From Mobula hypostoma (Eukaryota): a stretch of 64,000 nt of DNA. Made by a program: the position numbers and the translations under genes. The stretch lies in contig NC_086109.1 in NCBI RefSeq assembly GCF_963921235.1, positions 23,562,001 through 23,626,000 of the forward strand. The letters run 5' to 3'. Shown here in pieces: positions 1-11,650 of the stretch (position 1 is its first letter; every line of letters starts with the position of its first letter). The notes beneath the pieces were generated by a model, which ran no database searches, was not told the DNA's origin, and worked only from the letters and a program-made list of their open reading frames with translations.

Positions 1-1070
1 ATTCAATCTTTCCTTATAACTCATGTCCTCCACACCTGACAACATCATTGTAAATTCTGTCTGTACTCTTTCAATGTAATTTACATCTTACCAAAACTGC
101 ACATAATACTCTAAATTAGGGCTCACCAGCGTCTTATAAAACTTAAACATAACATCCCATTGATTTATGAAGGACAAAGTGGTAAAAGCTTTCTTTAAGA
201 CCCTATCTAGCTGTCACCCTACTTTCAACAAATTATGGACCTGCATTCCCAGATCCCTTTGTTCTATCACTCTCTTCAGTACCCTACCATTCACTGTGTA
301 AGACCTAACCTGGTTGTCTGCATTAAATTCCATCTGCCATTTTTCAGCTTGTTTTTCCAGCTGGTCCAGATCCTGCTAGAAGCCATGATAGCCTTCCTTG
401 CTGTCCATTACACCATCAATCTTGGTGTCATCTGCAAATCTGCTGATCCAGTTAACCACATTGTAATCCAGATCATTGCTATAGATGTCAAACAACAACA
501 GACCCAGCACCGATCCCTGTAGCACTGCACTCGTCACAGACCTCCAGTTAGTGAGGCAACCATCCACTATTACTCTCTGGCTTCTCCCACAAAGGTAGTG
601 TCTAATCCAATTTACCACCTCATCTTGAACGCTGAGTGACTGAACCTTCTTGACCAACTTGCCATATGGGACCCTGTCAAATACCTGGCTAAAGTCCATG
701 TACACGACATCCACTGACTTGCATTCATCCACTTTCCTGGTAACTTCCTCGAACAACTTTATAAGATTGGTTAGACACGACCTACCACACATGAAGCTGT
801 GCTATCCTTAATCAGTCCAAGTACACCTTTACCAGAAAGCAGCCTGTCCCAATCCACATTTGCTAGATCCCTTCTGAAACCATCAACACTGGCCTTTATC
901 CAATTTAGAATCTCAATCTGTGGACCAGACCTATCTTTTTGCATATTTACTTTGAAACTAATGGCATTGAGATCACTAGATGCAAAGTGTTCCCCCACAC
1001 AAATTTCTGTCACCTGCCCTGTCTCATTCCCTAATAGCAGATCAAGTCTAGCACATTCTCTCGTTGGGAC
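1..1070 (-). mobile_element. CR1-clade LINE ORF2 fragment (endonuclease C-terminus fused to RT by internal deletion)
   Basis: ORF 376-792 has CR1 RT motifs (SCLTNL, VDVVYMDFS..FD.VP, QGSVLG, FADDTK). ORF 771-1013 has the endonuclease end (GEHFASSDLNAISF). Confidence 0.92.
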
Positions 1071-1579
1071 TCAATATTCATGCAATTGAAGGGGGATCTT
1101 GAAATCATAGCTTCAAATCCAGCATGCTAAAGTTAGGAGGTTGGGAAGTTATGGAGTGCTAACAGAAAGCAGCAATGAACTCTGTTAGATTACTCAGTCC
1201 ATAATGCCCTTCAAGGGGGGCATTACAACACAGACAGCCAATGTTCTCCTCCCCTTTTATTAACCTATCCAGATTCTCCCCCAACCACATCCTCCCTCTT
1301 CTCTTCCTCCCACCCTTCCCCACAAAATGTGACTCCAACCCCTGCAGAAATCCCCTGGAACCTCTAAGCATGGAAAACTCATCTTACCCATATGCTTTTA
1401 TTTTTCATGACAGGCGCAGAAAGAGGCTATTTCGTCCCATGTGCATTTTTTGACTATTTGTGTGATGCCTGATCTATACCTTAAATCCATGGACTTGACT
1501 TAATAACAAACATAATCTGTTAACTGCAATCCTGAAAATGTCAATGAACAACACTATCCTTTGTATAATTCTGCTGTTA

Positions 1580-1755
1580 GCTGGGCAATAGCAGTAAATT
1601 GTTTCTCAAGATACATGGTTTTGCAAGGCATCACATCAAGGATTTTGTACAGAGCGATCTAATTCCCAGCATTGTGTGGGTGCATTTGAGTGACAAGTCA
1701 GTTTAGGGACTTGAATTCACAGCCATCTGGTGTGAGAGGGAGAGTGCTAACTGTC
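1580..1755 (-). mobile_element. Highly decayed tRNA-derived SINE head (Deu-domain/SacSINE-like)
   Basis: ggacttgaattcacagccatctggtgtgagagggagagtgctaac resembles the reverse complement of a tRNA-type A/B-box SINE head. Confidence 0.45.
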
Positions 1756-2089
1756 GGAGGAACAGCGTGCTCTCTGTTGCATCATCATCTGCCTCAGAAT
1801 TCAGCATTTCAAACTTGCAGAAACAATGACCCCTACAGATGGAATACAATTACTTAGCCCAGAAAGTTATAAGCTTGTTGAGATTACCTAATTATTTTTA
1901 CATGTGAACTGTCATATCTGGATTCCTTGCAGAGTTTACAAACACTGGTATGAGACTGGTATGCCTCTTAAATCAGTGAAATTCTTTGAGTATCCCTCCA
2001 CCCTCGCACTCTGTATTATTGATTGTAACTCTACTGATGTAAATTCATCTCCTCTGCACCATCACTTCGTAACTCCTCCATCTTTTTGG

Positions 2090-2340
2090 TTTTGTTCTTT
2101 ATTGTCACAAGTACTAAAATATCGTGGAAAGCTTGTCTTGCATTCAAATCAAATCATTACACTGTCGATTGAGCTAGAATAAGGTAAAGCAATAACAATG
2201 CAGAATAAGTTTTAAAAGTTACTAAAAAAAGTGATGATCAAGTGCGAGATCACAATGAGGTAGATAGTGAGGTCAAGAGTCCATCTTATGGGGAGGTCTG
2301 TTCAAGAGTCTGATAACAGTGGGATAGAAACTGTCCTTCT
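2090..2340 (-). mobile_element. Rex1/L2-type LINE 3' fragment
   Basis: Reverse strand reads DSFYPTVIRLLNRPP (typical ORF2 C-terminus), then a 3' UTR with AATAAA. Confidence 0.75.
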
Positions 2341-3039
2341 TAAACACCCTATGTTACTGATGGTATCTCTATCAATGCAATTCCACCTCAGATGTATTTA
2401 GTTACACATCACTATGATATCCAGATTTCTGCTGTCTTCACTTTTCAGTCTCTGTTGCAAAACTTCAGTCATAATGAAGACTAGGAATGTGGCCATTTCA
2501 TTTCAGACTTTCAAGCTTCTGCCGCTCTTCCACAATAACATACTTCACCCAAACTTTAAAAGAGCCTTCTATATTGACTCAGCAGTGCTTGGCTGAGTCC
2601 AGAAGCAACCTACAAATTCACTTCACGCTTAGAGCCAATTTAACTCTCATCTGACAGATTATTTTACCTACAGCACTAGCTCTGATTTTTGCTGAGCAGA
2701 TTTACAAAGTAACTGAAAAACTAAGATCAGATATTGTATATCTATCGCCATAGACTTCCATTTCTTTACTTTCACTTAATTTTTCTTGCTATAGGGTTGG
2801 AAGTCTTAATGCCAGTATCTGTGGCAGTGCCAGTTTTAATGTGAGCAAGTGTCAGTGTCAATGCTAGTGCCACTGTTAGCTACCCGTATGAATGATCCAG
2901 TCAGGGTCAACAGTTGTGTATTGTATATTGCAGTGACTGTATCAGTCAGCAGTGGGAATGCCGATATCAGATTTATTTTCAGTTATCAGAATCATTGTCA
3001 ATATCAGTGATTATCGTTGTTTCATCTGGTTCCTCTGCT

Positions 3040-3132
3040 TGCATAATGGAGGTGTACAAGATGACAGGGATAGACAGCCAAAGACTATTTCCAAGGACAG
3101 AAATGGCTAATAGGAGAGGGCGTAATTTTAAG
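3040..3132 (+). mobile_element. CR1 3' fragment, left part of the host element that continues at 6029
   Basis: MEVYKM..IDSQRLFPRTEMANRRG matches the CR1 ORF2 C-terminus. Confidence 0.8.
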
Positions 3133-6028
3133 ACCATGAGACCATATAACACAGGAGCAGAATTAGGCCATTTGGCCCATTGGGTCTGCTCTGCCATTCC
3201 ATTCTATCATTATTATCCCTCTCAACCCCATTCTCCTGCCTTCTTCCCGTAACCTTTGACACCCTGATTAATCCAGAACCTATCAAACTCTGCCTGAAAT
3301 ATACCCAATGAATTGACCTGCACAGCCATCTGTGGCAATGAATTCCACAGATTTATCACCCTCTGGCTAAAGAAATTTTTCCTCATCTGTTTTCTAAATG
3401 GATGCCTCTCAATTCTGAGGCTATGCCCTCTGGTCCTAGACTCCCCACTTGAGGAAACATCCTCTCCACATCCATTCTATCTAGGCCTTTCAATATTCAA
3501 TAGGTTTCAACGAGACCCCCCCACATTCTTCTAAACTTCAGCTGGTACAGGCCCAGAGCTGTGAATGCTGCTGATATGTTAACCCTTCCATTCCCAGAGA
3601 CATTCTTGTGAACCTTCTCTGGACGCTCTCCAATGCCAGCACATCGTTCCTAGATAAGGGGCCCAAAACTGCTCACAATACTCCAAATGCAGTCTGACCA
3701 ATGCATTATAAATCCTCAGCATTACATCCTTGCATTTGTATTCTAGTCCCCTTGAAATGAATGCTAACATTGCATTTGCCTTCCTTCCCCACCATCTCAA
3801 CTAGCAAGCCAAATTTAAGGAATCCTGCATGAGGACTCCCAAATTCCTCTGATTTTTGAATTTTCTCCCCATTTAGAAAAGTGTCCACACCATTATTCCT
3901 TTGGACAAAGTGCATTCCTTACATTATATTCCATCTACCAATTCTTTACTCACTCTCCCAACTTGTTTAAGTCCTTCTGCAGACACCCTGCTCCCTCAAC
4001 ACTACTCGCTCCTCCACCTATCTTTGTATCATCCACAAACTTGGCCACAAAGACATCATTTTCATTATCCAAATCAATGACATATGACGTGAAAAGAAGC
4101 AGTCCCAACATCAAACCCTGTGGCACACCACTAGTAACCGACAGCCAACCAGAAAAGACCCCCTTTATTCCCACTCTGCCTCCTGTCAGTCTTTCCTTAT
4201 TTTGTTAAACAGTCTCATGTGTGGAACCTTGTCAAAGGCCTTTTGAAAATTCAAATAAACAACACCCACTGATTCTCCTTTGTCTATCCTGTCTGTTATT
4301 TCTTCAAATAATTCCAACAGATTTGCCAGGCAAGAGATCCCTTTAGAAAACCATACTAACGTTGGCCTATTTTATCATGTGCCTCCAAGTACCCGAAACC
4401 TCATCCTTAATCTCATCCAACATTTTCTGAACCACTGAAGTCAGGCTAACTACTCATAATTTCCTTTCTTCTGCCTTGCGCCCTCCTTAAAAAGTGTAGT
4501 GACATTTGCAATCTTCCATTCCTTAGGAACCATTCCAGAATCTAGTGACTCTTGAAAGATCATTACTAATGCCTCCACAACCCCTTCAGCTACCACTTTC
4601 AAAAACTGGGGTGTAGTCCACCTGGTCCAGGTGACATCTACCTTCAGTCCTTCCAGCTTCCCAAGCACCTTGTCCTAAGTAATAGCATCCACACTCACTT
4701 CTGCACCTTGACATTCCTTCATTTCTGGCAACCTGCCAGTGTCTTCCACAGTGAAGACAGACACAACATACTTTTTAAGTTTGTTTTCCTTTTCTTTGCC
4801 CCAATTCCTACCTCTTCATTGTCATTTTTCAGCAGTCTGATATCCACTCTCACCTCTCTTATATATCTGAAAAATATGTTCATATCATCTTTTACATTAT
4901 TGTCTAGCTTACCTTCATATTTCATGTTTTCTCTCTTTATGTCTATTTAGTTGCTTTCGGTTGATTCTTAAAAGCTTCTGTATCCTCTACCTTCCCACCA
5001 AGTTTTGCTATATTATATGCCCTCACTTTTGTTTTTATGCTATCTTTGACTTCCCATGTCAGCCATGGTTGCCTCTTCCTCCCTTTAGAATACTTCTTCA
5101 TCTTCGAAGTGCATCTTTTCTGCGCCTTCCGAATTTTCCCCAGAAACACCAGCTGTTCTGCAGTCTTCCCTGCTGACGTTTCCTTCACTAGAATAATTCC
5201 CTTTAGTCCACTGTAATACTGATACATCCAGTTTTAGCTTCTCCTTCTCAAACTGCAGGGTGAATTCTATCAGATTATAATCACCGCTTCTTATGGGTTC
5301 CTTTACCTTAATCTCCCTAATCAAATCTGGTTCATTACATAACACCCAATCTAGAATTCCTGTTCCCCTAGTGGGCCCAGCCACAAGTTGCTAAGAAAAG
5401 CCATCTTGTAGGCATTCTACGAGTTCCGTCTCACAGAATCCAGGTACCTGCATATTGAAATTCCCCATGATTATTGCAACTTCGGCCTTTTTACACACCG
5501 TTTCTATCCCCTGTCATAATTTGCAGCCCACGTCCTAGCTACTGTTCGGAGGCCCATGTATAACTCCCATCAGGGTCTTTCTACACACAAGGGTGCTACA
5601 TCTTCTGATTCTGTGTCATCTCTTTTTAAGGATTTGATTCCATTTTTACCAACAAAGCCATCCCACCCCCTGTGTCTGCCTACCTGTCCTTTCGCTACAA
5701 TGAGTATCCTTAGATGCTAAGCTCCCAAATATGATCTTCTTTCAGCTGTGATTCATGGATGTCCTCAACATCACATCTGACAATCTCTAACTGAGCCACA
5801 AGATTATTTACCTTATTCCGTATACTGTGCGCATTCAAATATAACCCCTTTAGTCCTGCATTCGTCACCTTTTTTGATTTCGGCCTGTTACACTTTAACT
5901 CATCCCACTGACTACAATTTTGCCCTATCACCTGCCCGTCCTTCCTCGCAGTCTCACTACACACTGCACCTAGTTGCATGCCAACTACCCCATCCTCAGC
6001 CCTATCACACTAGTTTCCAACCCCTGCT
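3133..6028 (-). mobile_element. CR1 LINE, near-complete decayed ORF2 (APE endonuclease + RT) plus 3' UTR
   Basis: Collinear ORF pieces: LYLNAHSIRNK (EN start, 5710-5979), ILDWVLCNEPD..SGDYNLI, WKIANVT.LFK.G, SGVPQG..LG..LF..FVDDTK, LVRLHLEYCEQFWAP. CR1 3' tail at 3133-3190. Confidence 0.95.
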
Positions 6029-6325
6029 AAATGGCTAATAATATGAGAGCATAATTTTACGGTGATTGGAGGAAAGTAGTGGGGACTGTCAGATGTAAGC
6101 TTTTTATTGAGGGAGTGGTGAGAATGTAGAACACCCTGCCAGGGGTGGTGGAAGAGGCAGATACATTAGGGACATTTAAGAAACTCTTAGGTGGGCACAT
6201 GGATGATAGAAAATTGGAGAGTTATGTAGGAGGGAAGGGTTAGATTGACAGAATAGGTTATAAGGTTGGCACAATATCGTGGGCCAAGGGGCCTACACTG
6301 CATTGTAAAGTTGTAAGTCTTATGT
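6029..6325 (+). mobile_element. CR1 3' fragment, right part of the host element
   Basis: Resumes the CR1 3' sequence (gtggtgagaatgtagaacaccctgccagggg..., ggttggcacaatatcgtgggcc). Confidence 0.82.
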
Positions 6326-6510
6326 TCTATTATGGTTATTCTTCTATCATGGTTTATTGAATATGCCCACAAGAAAATGAATCTCAGGGTTATGTTGACA
6401 TACATGTTCAGCACAGCACTGTGGGCTGAAGTGCATGTATTGTGCTCTAGGTTTTCTATGTTTCTATGTTTTCTATATGTACTTTGATTATAAGTTTACT
6501 TTGAACTTAG
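6325..6510 (+). mobile_element. Rex/L2-type LINE 3' tail with a nested ~70-bp CR1 3' end (about 6407-6475)
   Basis: gcccacaagaaaatgaatctcagggtt...tactttga..tttactttgaact tail (also at ~34120 and ~43130) is interrupted by ttcagcacagcactgtgggctgaag...(ttctatgt)n. Confidence 0.7.
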
Positions 6511-6714
6511 AACTATCATCCACCTTCAGTGTCAATGTCAATGCCATTGCTAACTCCAGATAGTCAATTCCAGTAGCAGTGTTGCTCCCAGACTGTCAGT
6601 ATTAGAGCCAGCTTCACATTCAAGGAAAGGCCCATTGCTAATGTTCGTGCCAGAACGATTACTGGTGCCAGATTTAATAAAGACTCCGGCGCTAATATTA
6701 ATGTGGGTATTAGT

Positions 6715-7955
6715 ATGTTGCCTGACAAATCTGATGAGTTCTTTGAGGAAATAACAGACAGGTCAGACAATGGAGAGTCAGTGGATGTTGTATAATTTCA
6801 GAAGGCCTTGGCAAGATGTTATACAACAGTTAGCAAGATTAGAGCCCATGGTATTACAGGAAAGATACTAGCATGGAGGGAGCATTGGCTGATTGGCGGG
6901 AGGCAAAGAGTGGGAATAATGGGGCCTATTCTGGTTGGCTGCCGGTGACTGCTGGTGTTCCACAGGGGTCAGTATTGGTTTCGCTTCTTTTCATGTCATA
7001 TGTCAACAATTTGGATGACAGAATTGATGGCTTTGTGACCAAGTTTGCAGACAATACAAAGATAGGTGAAGGGGCAAGTACTGTTGAGGAAGCAGGGAGT
7101 CTGCAGAAGGACTGTGACAGATTGGGAGAAAGGACAAAGTAATAGCAGATGGAATATAGTGCAGGGAAGTGTATAGTTATGCACTTTGGTAGAAGGAATA
7201 AAGGAGTAGACTATTTTCTAAAATGGGAGAAAATTCAAATATTAGAAGTGCAAAGGAACTTGGAAGTCCTCATGCAGGATTTCCTAAGGGTTAACTTCCG
7301 GGTTGAGTCGGTGCTAAGGAAGCCAAATCCATTGTCAGCATTCATTTCAAGAGGACAAGAATATAAGTGGAAGGATGCGATATTGAGGCTTTATAAGATA
7401 TTGGTCAGACCACACTGGGAGTATTCTGAGCTGTCTTGTCTGACAAAATATGTGCTGGATTTGAAGAAGGTCCAGAGGAAGTTCATGAGAATGATTCCTG
7501 GAGTGAAAGGGTTAATGTATGAGGAGCATTTGACGGCTCTGGGCCTGTACTCACTGGAGTTTAGAAGAATGAAGGGGGTTCTCATTGAAACCTATCAAAT
7601 ATTGAAAGGTGTAGACAGAGTGGATGTGGAGAGGATGTTTCCTATAGTGGGGTAGTCGAGGACCAGAGGGCGCAGCCTCAGAAAACAGGGACGTCCATTT
7701 AGAACGGAGATGAGAAGGAGTTGCTTTAGCCGAGGCTAGTGAATCTGTGGAATTTATTACCATGGATGGCTGTGGAGGCCAAGTTAATATGTTCAAAGCA
7801 GAGGTTGATAAGTTCTTGGTTAATCAGGGTGTCAAAGGTTACGGGGAGAAGGCAGGAGAGGGGTTGAAAAGGGCAATAGATCAGCCATGACGGAATGATG
7901 GAGCAGACTTGATGGGTCGAGTGGTCTAATTCTGCTCACATGCCTTATGGTCTTA
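6715..7955 (+). mobile_element. CR1 LINE, 5'-truncated RT region and 3' UTR
   Basis: ORFs 6873-7142 (GVPQGSVL..FADNTK) and 7149-7655 (LVRPHWEYS, LGLYSLEFRR), followed by a CR1 3' tail. Confidence 0.93.
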
Positions 7956-7984
7956 ATATATTAATCGAGCAAGGCATGCATCTA

Positions 7985-8195
7985 AACCAAACTGGACCCA
8001 GTCCTCATTCAACAAACATCCACGTTTTTGCGACTAGGGTAATAGGGACACTTAATGAAGATCTGAGCCGGGCTTAAAGACACTTTGTGCCCCACACCTT
8101 GATGACACAAGTTAGCTCAGTTCAAACTGGAATTCAACTTGGAAACAATCCAGGATGCCAATGCTATTCCAGATGGCTCTTTAATCCACTGAGCT
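7985..8195 (-). mobile_element. Ancient tRNA-derived SINE (LF-SINE-like), decayed
   Basis: agttagctcagttcaaactggaattcaacttgg...tttaatccactgagc resembles the reverse complement of the copy at 48120-48310 (ggtcccag...gctgagttagctg). Confidence 0.45.
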
Positions 8196-8329
8196 GCTGT
8201 TTATTTTAATGCAATTCTGAAATTCACTGATCTGGTTTGAATGTGATCGTCTTTTAATCTGTTACCCAGTCTGCAGCACAATGTTATTTATACTTTGTTA
8301 CAGTAATCTGTGTATTGACGAGAGACATT

Positions 8330-8650
8330 TCCAAATTAGCCGCAGTTGAACAAAGTTCAGCGGCTGGCGGCTTCTGAGTTATGAAACTGCACAGGAATTG
8401 ACAGGCAGAATGCCCTGCAACACGGCGGGATCAGCCATTCCAGAGAGACAGTGAAGCAATCATTTGTTCTTCTGCCTCGTCAGTCTGAAGAAAACCACAA
8501 AATAATTGCCACTAATTCTAATTAACAATTAGCGAAGGCTCTGCCTGTAATTATGTTGTTTCATTGTAATTAAGGAGCTAATTAGCAAGATGTCAATGTA
8601 GATTTAATTACAGCATGCACAGTTAATCCCCTACCAATTGTTAGGCTTTT
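8330..8650. promoter_or_regulatory. Candidate conserved non-coding element / developmental enhancer
   Basis: Repeat-free island with a dense cluster of TAATT/TAATTA homeodomain sites, TGACAG, an ATTGT Sox-like site and retained CpGs. Confidence 0.5.
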
Positions 8651-8689
8651 CTTCAAAGCTGCTGTATCTATGATGTTAGATATTCCTTT

Positions 8690-9090
8690 TGTGTGCTAAA
8701 CCAATCCACAGCTTTGAGGCATCTCTTCACCAACCTTGCATTTGTCTTGACTGGAGTAGAGATCGTGTCACTCTCTGAGACCTCCCCCAGCTTTACGACT
8801 CCTGGGAATCCCTTGTCTCCTCCAATTCTTGTACCTCAGTGTATCTCATATTTTAATCATTCCACCATTGGGTTTCCGTGATTCCAGTTGCCGATGCCCC
8901 AAGCTCTGGAATTCCCTGTTACACCTCCTGTCTCTCTCTCCTCGTCTGACACTATTGATAACCTAACTCTATGATCGAGCTTCAGGTCATCAATTCTTAC
9001 GGCTTCCTTTGTGGTGTGTTGTCAAATACTATCTAAAGATATCTTTCAAATGTGCTTTGGTGCTGGAACCACTATAAAATAGTAAGTAAT
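8690..9090 (+). mobile_element. Old L2 LINE 3' fragment
   Basis: ccaagctctggaattccct (KLWNSL motif) followed by an L2-type 3' UTR. Confidence 0.7.
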
Positions 9091-9369
9091 GGTGTAGGAT
9101 AAAGAGGCTCGTTCCTTTTCTTGTCTTCTTCTATTCAATATTTGACTGTCTATCTCTCCACTATAGTCTCCTTTACAGAGAACCTTTTTTTTACATTCAA
9201 TCCCACCTCAGAGCAGGAGACAATATCATCTCCATCTGTGAAGATCCTCTTTCTTTCCAAAGGCACTGGATTCTACCTGGAGCTCTGTAACATTACTGCA
9301 AATACTTAGTAAGGAGCTAAATTACAGTGCAAGATATCTTGTACTGTTGCACGAATTACTCACTGCTAC

Positions 9370-9465
9370 ATTTAAGATTCTCTTTATTTGTCACGTGTAC
9401 ATTGAGACATACAGTGAAATGCATCATTTGAGTCAATGACCGACGCACTCTGAGATGTGATTTGC
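9370..9465 (-). mobile_element. 3' fragment of V-SINE-type family
   Basis: ctttatttgtcacgtgtacattgagacatacagtgaaatgcatc matches the tails of fuller copies at 39115-39445 and 43905-44230. Confidence 0.7.
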
Positions 9466-9469
9466 GGTT

Positions 9470-11650
9470 GGACTGGGTGGGTGTAATATTGGCTGGAAAT
9501 CTGGAACAATGGACTGCGTTATTGGGTTGTCAGTGGGATATTGGACTGTGTGAGGTGGGAGGGCGGTATGTTGAATAGTGCAGGCAAGATGTTTGTCGAG
9601 GTGAAACGTGATGTGACTGGTTGAGTGTGGTGATGGACTGTGCGTGGTAACCTAGGGTAACTTCCAAGGTAATTGTAATGCTCATCTGGCAAGGTTGATG
9701 TTGGTCAGCATCAGTTGAACTGCAGACAGTCGTGCTGAAATGGGTGAATGATTGTGGATGGGGTGAGTGGGATGTTGAATTGGTTAGGCTTGAAATTTGT
9801 TTGAGTGCATGTGATATAAGATTTGTGGAGTAGGATATTGTTGAGCATAATATTATGCATTATTGCATTGTATATATTGAAGCTGATGAAATTAATACTG
9901 GACTGGGAGACTGGAATGTCGGAGTATAAATGGGATGTCGGACTGAGTGAGCAGAATATTAAAGTGGCTAATGTTTGTTGGGATGGTTGTATTGCTGAAC
10001 TTGGCAATTATGATGCTAGATCAAGGGAGTAGCATATTGCAATAAATGAATATGTTTTGTTGCTTAATTGGATGAGTGGGATATAGGTAAATGTAATTGT
10101 GAATTGAGTGATTCAGAAACCACACTGTATAACGATCAGAATGACTGTGAAGTTTAAATGGGTGAATACTGTGTGTAATAGGTTCCTTAAGGTTGTTCCA
10201 GCCAGGGGTAGAAGTAGGGATAAGCTCCCACTACTTATTGAATGCTCCCAATGGTGAGCACCTCAAATAGCCTCTGACAATCAACTCCATTTCCCGGCCT
10301 TCACGTGCAGCTTACCCACTAAGCCCAGCAGAACCATTTCTACTGACAGGAGAAGGGGCAAAGGCTGGTGCCTTAAACCAAGTCGATTTGAACAGATGGG
10401 ACTCATCAGCCATAGGTGGCAGCCCATGTAGGAGAAGGAAAACTCTGATCGCAAAACTCGGCTGTCTTGTGGCTATACCCACTCATGGGGAAGGATTTGG
10501 GAGGAAACCTCAAGGGAAAAGTATGAAGCTGGAGTCCTTAAGGCTGCTCTACATTGAGTTCAATGTTGATTGGCAACTCCTGTGATGCTGCTGGTGCCAA
10601 ACTGTACCGATCTCCGCTGTTCCTTTGGATTCATCAGATGCATGGAGAAGAGGAGCTTACTACATGGGCAACAGGTTGCTCTCCATATTGTACTGCCAAG
10701 GCTCGTGTACCTAGACAGCTAGGACACAACATCCATGGTCGATCCTGAGTGATAGAGGCCTCAACAACTCAATAGTGTGTAATTGGCTGTGTTGGATATT
10801 GGACTGGGTGAATGTGAAGTAGACCGAAATGAATGTGATATTGGACTGGTTAGTGGGATATTGAACAAGGTGAGTTAGACATTGGAAAAGATAAGTTTGG
10901 CCAGATAGGTGTGATACTGTAATGGGTGGGTATGTTGTCGGACTGAGTATATAGGATCCTTGACCAGTGAAGTCCGATGATGGATGGGTTGAGTGTGATG
11001 ATGGATTGGGTCAATGTGATGTTAGACGAGGTAAATGTGACATTGGCTAGGAGGAGTGGGCAACAGAAGTGGGTGACTGTTGTATTGGTCTACGAATGGG
11101 ATGTTAAGCTGGGGATATTGATCAGGGTGAGTGTGGTGCTTAGCTGAGTGAGTGTTATATTGGATTAAGAGTTTGCATTGTGTGCGCAAGTTATTAGTCT
11201 GGATGTGAGATCAGGGACATGTGGCATTGGAGTGGGTAAATTTTATTTTAGACAGGGTGAAAGGAATATAATTTCTGGTCAATGTCAAAGTAATGTTCAT
11301 GGACAAATGGGATGTTGGACCGGCTGAGTGGTATGTTGGATGGACGGAGTGTGATATTGTATCTCAGGAGTGGGTCTTGGAACAGGTGAAAAGAATATTG
11401 AACTCGGTATTTTGGATACTAGCTAAAACAAGTCAAGTTTATTGTCATGTGCACAAGTTTGGTGAGGTATAGCAACAATGAAAAACCCGCTTGTGACAGA
11501 ATCTCAGGCATATAGGTTCAGACAACAAACAAAACAAATTATACAGGGAAGAATGAATTTTGAACTCAGTGAGCGGCTTGTTGTACTAGGGGAGTTGGAT
11601 ATTACTCTGGTGAACTGGGATGTTGCTTGAATTTGGATATTAGAATAGCT
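9470..11650. repeat. Degenerate ~21-bp GT-rich minisatellite (approx. TGGACTGGGTGAGTGTGATAT), interrupted by insertions
   Basis: Recurrent ttggactgggtgaatgtga / gatattggactgg units, clearest at 10790-11400. Confidence 0.7.
10181..10765 (+). mobile_element. Non-autonomous RTE-derived element (~580 bp), copy 1
   Basis: Colinear with 15899-16470. Contains the RTE-type 5' UTR motif ggcagcccatgtaggagaaggaaaactctga. Degenerate flanking duplication aata(ct)gtgtgtaat. Confidence 0.7.

Noticed and set aside
2770..3030. Repetitive coding sequence (also 6520-6715)
   Set aside because: It is a degenerate hexamer-like low-complexity tract (gccagt/gtcaat) with stops, split by the CR1 nest.
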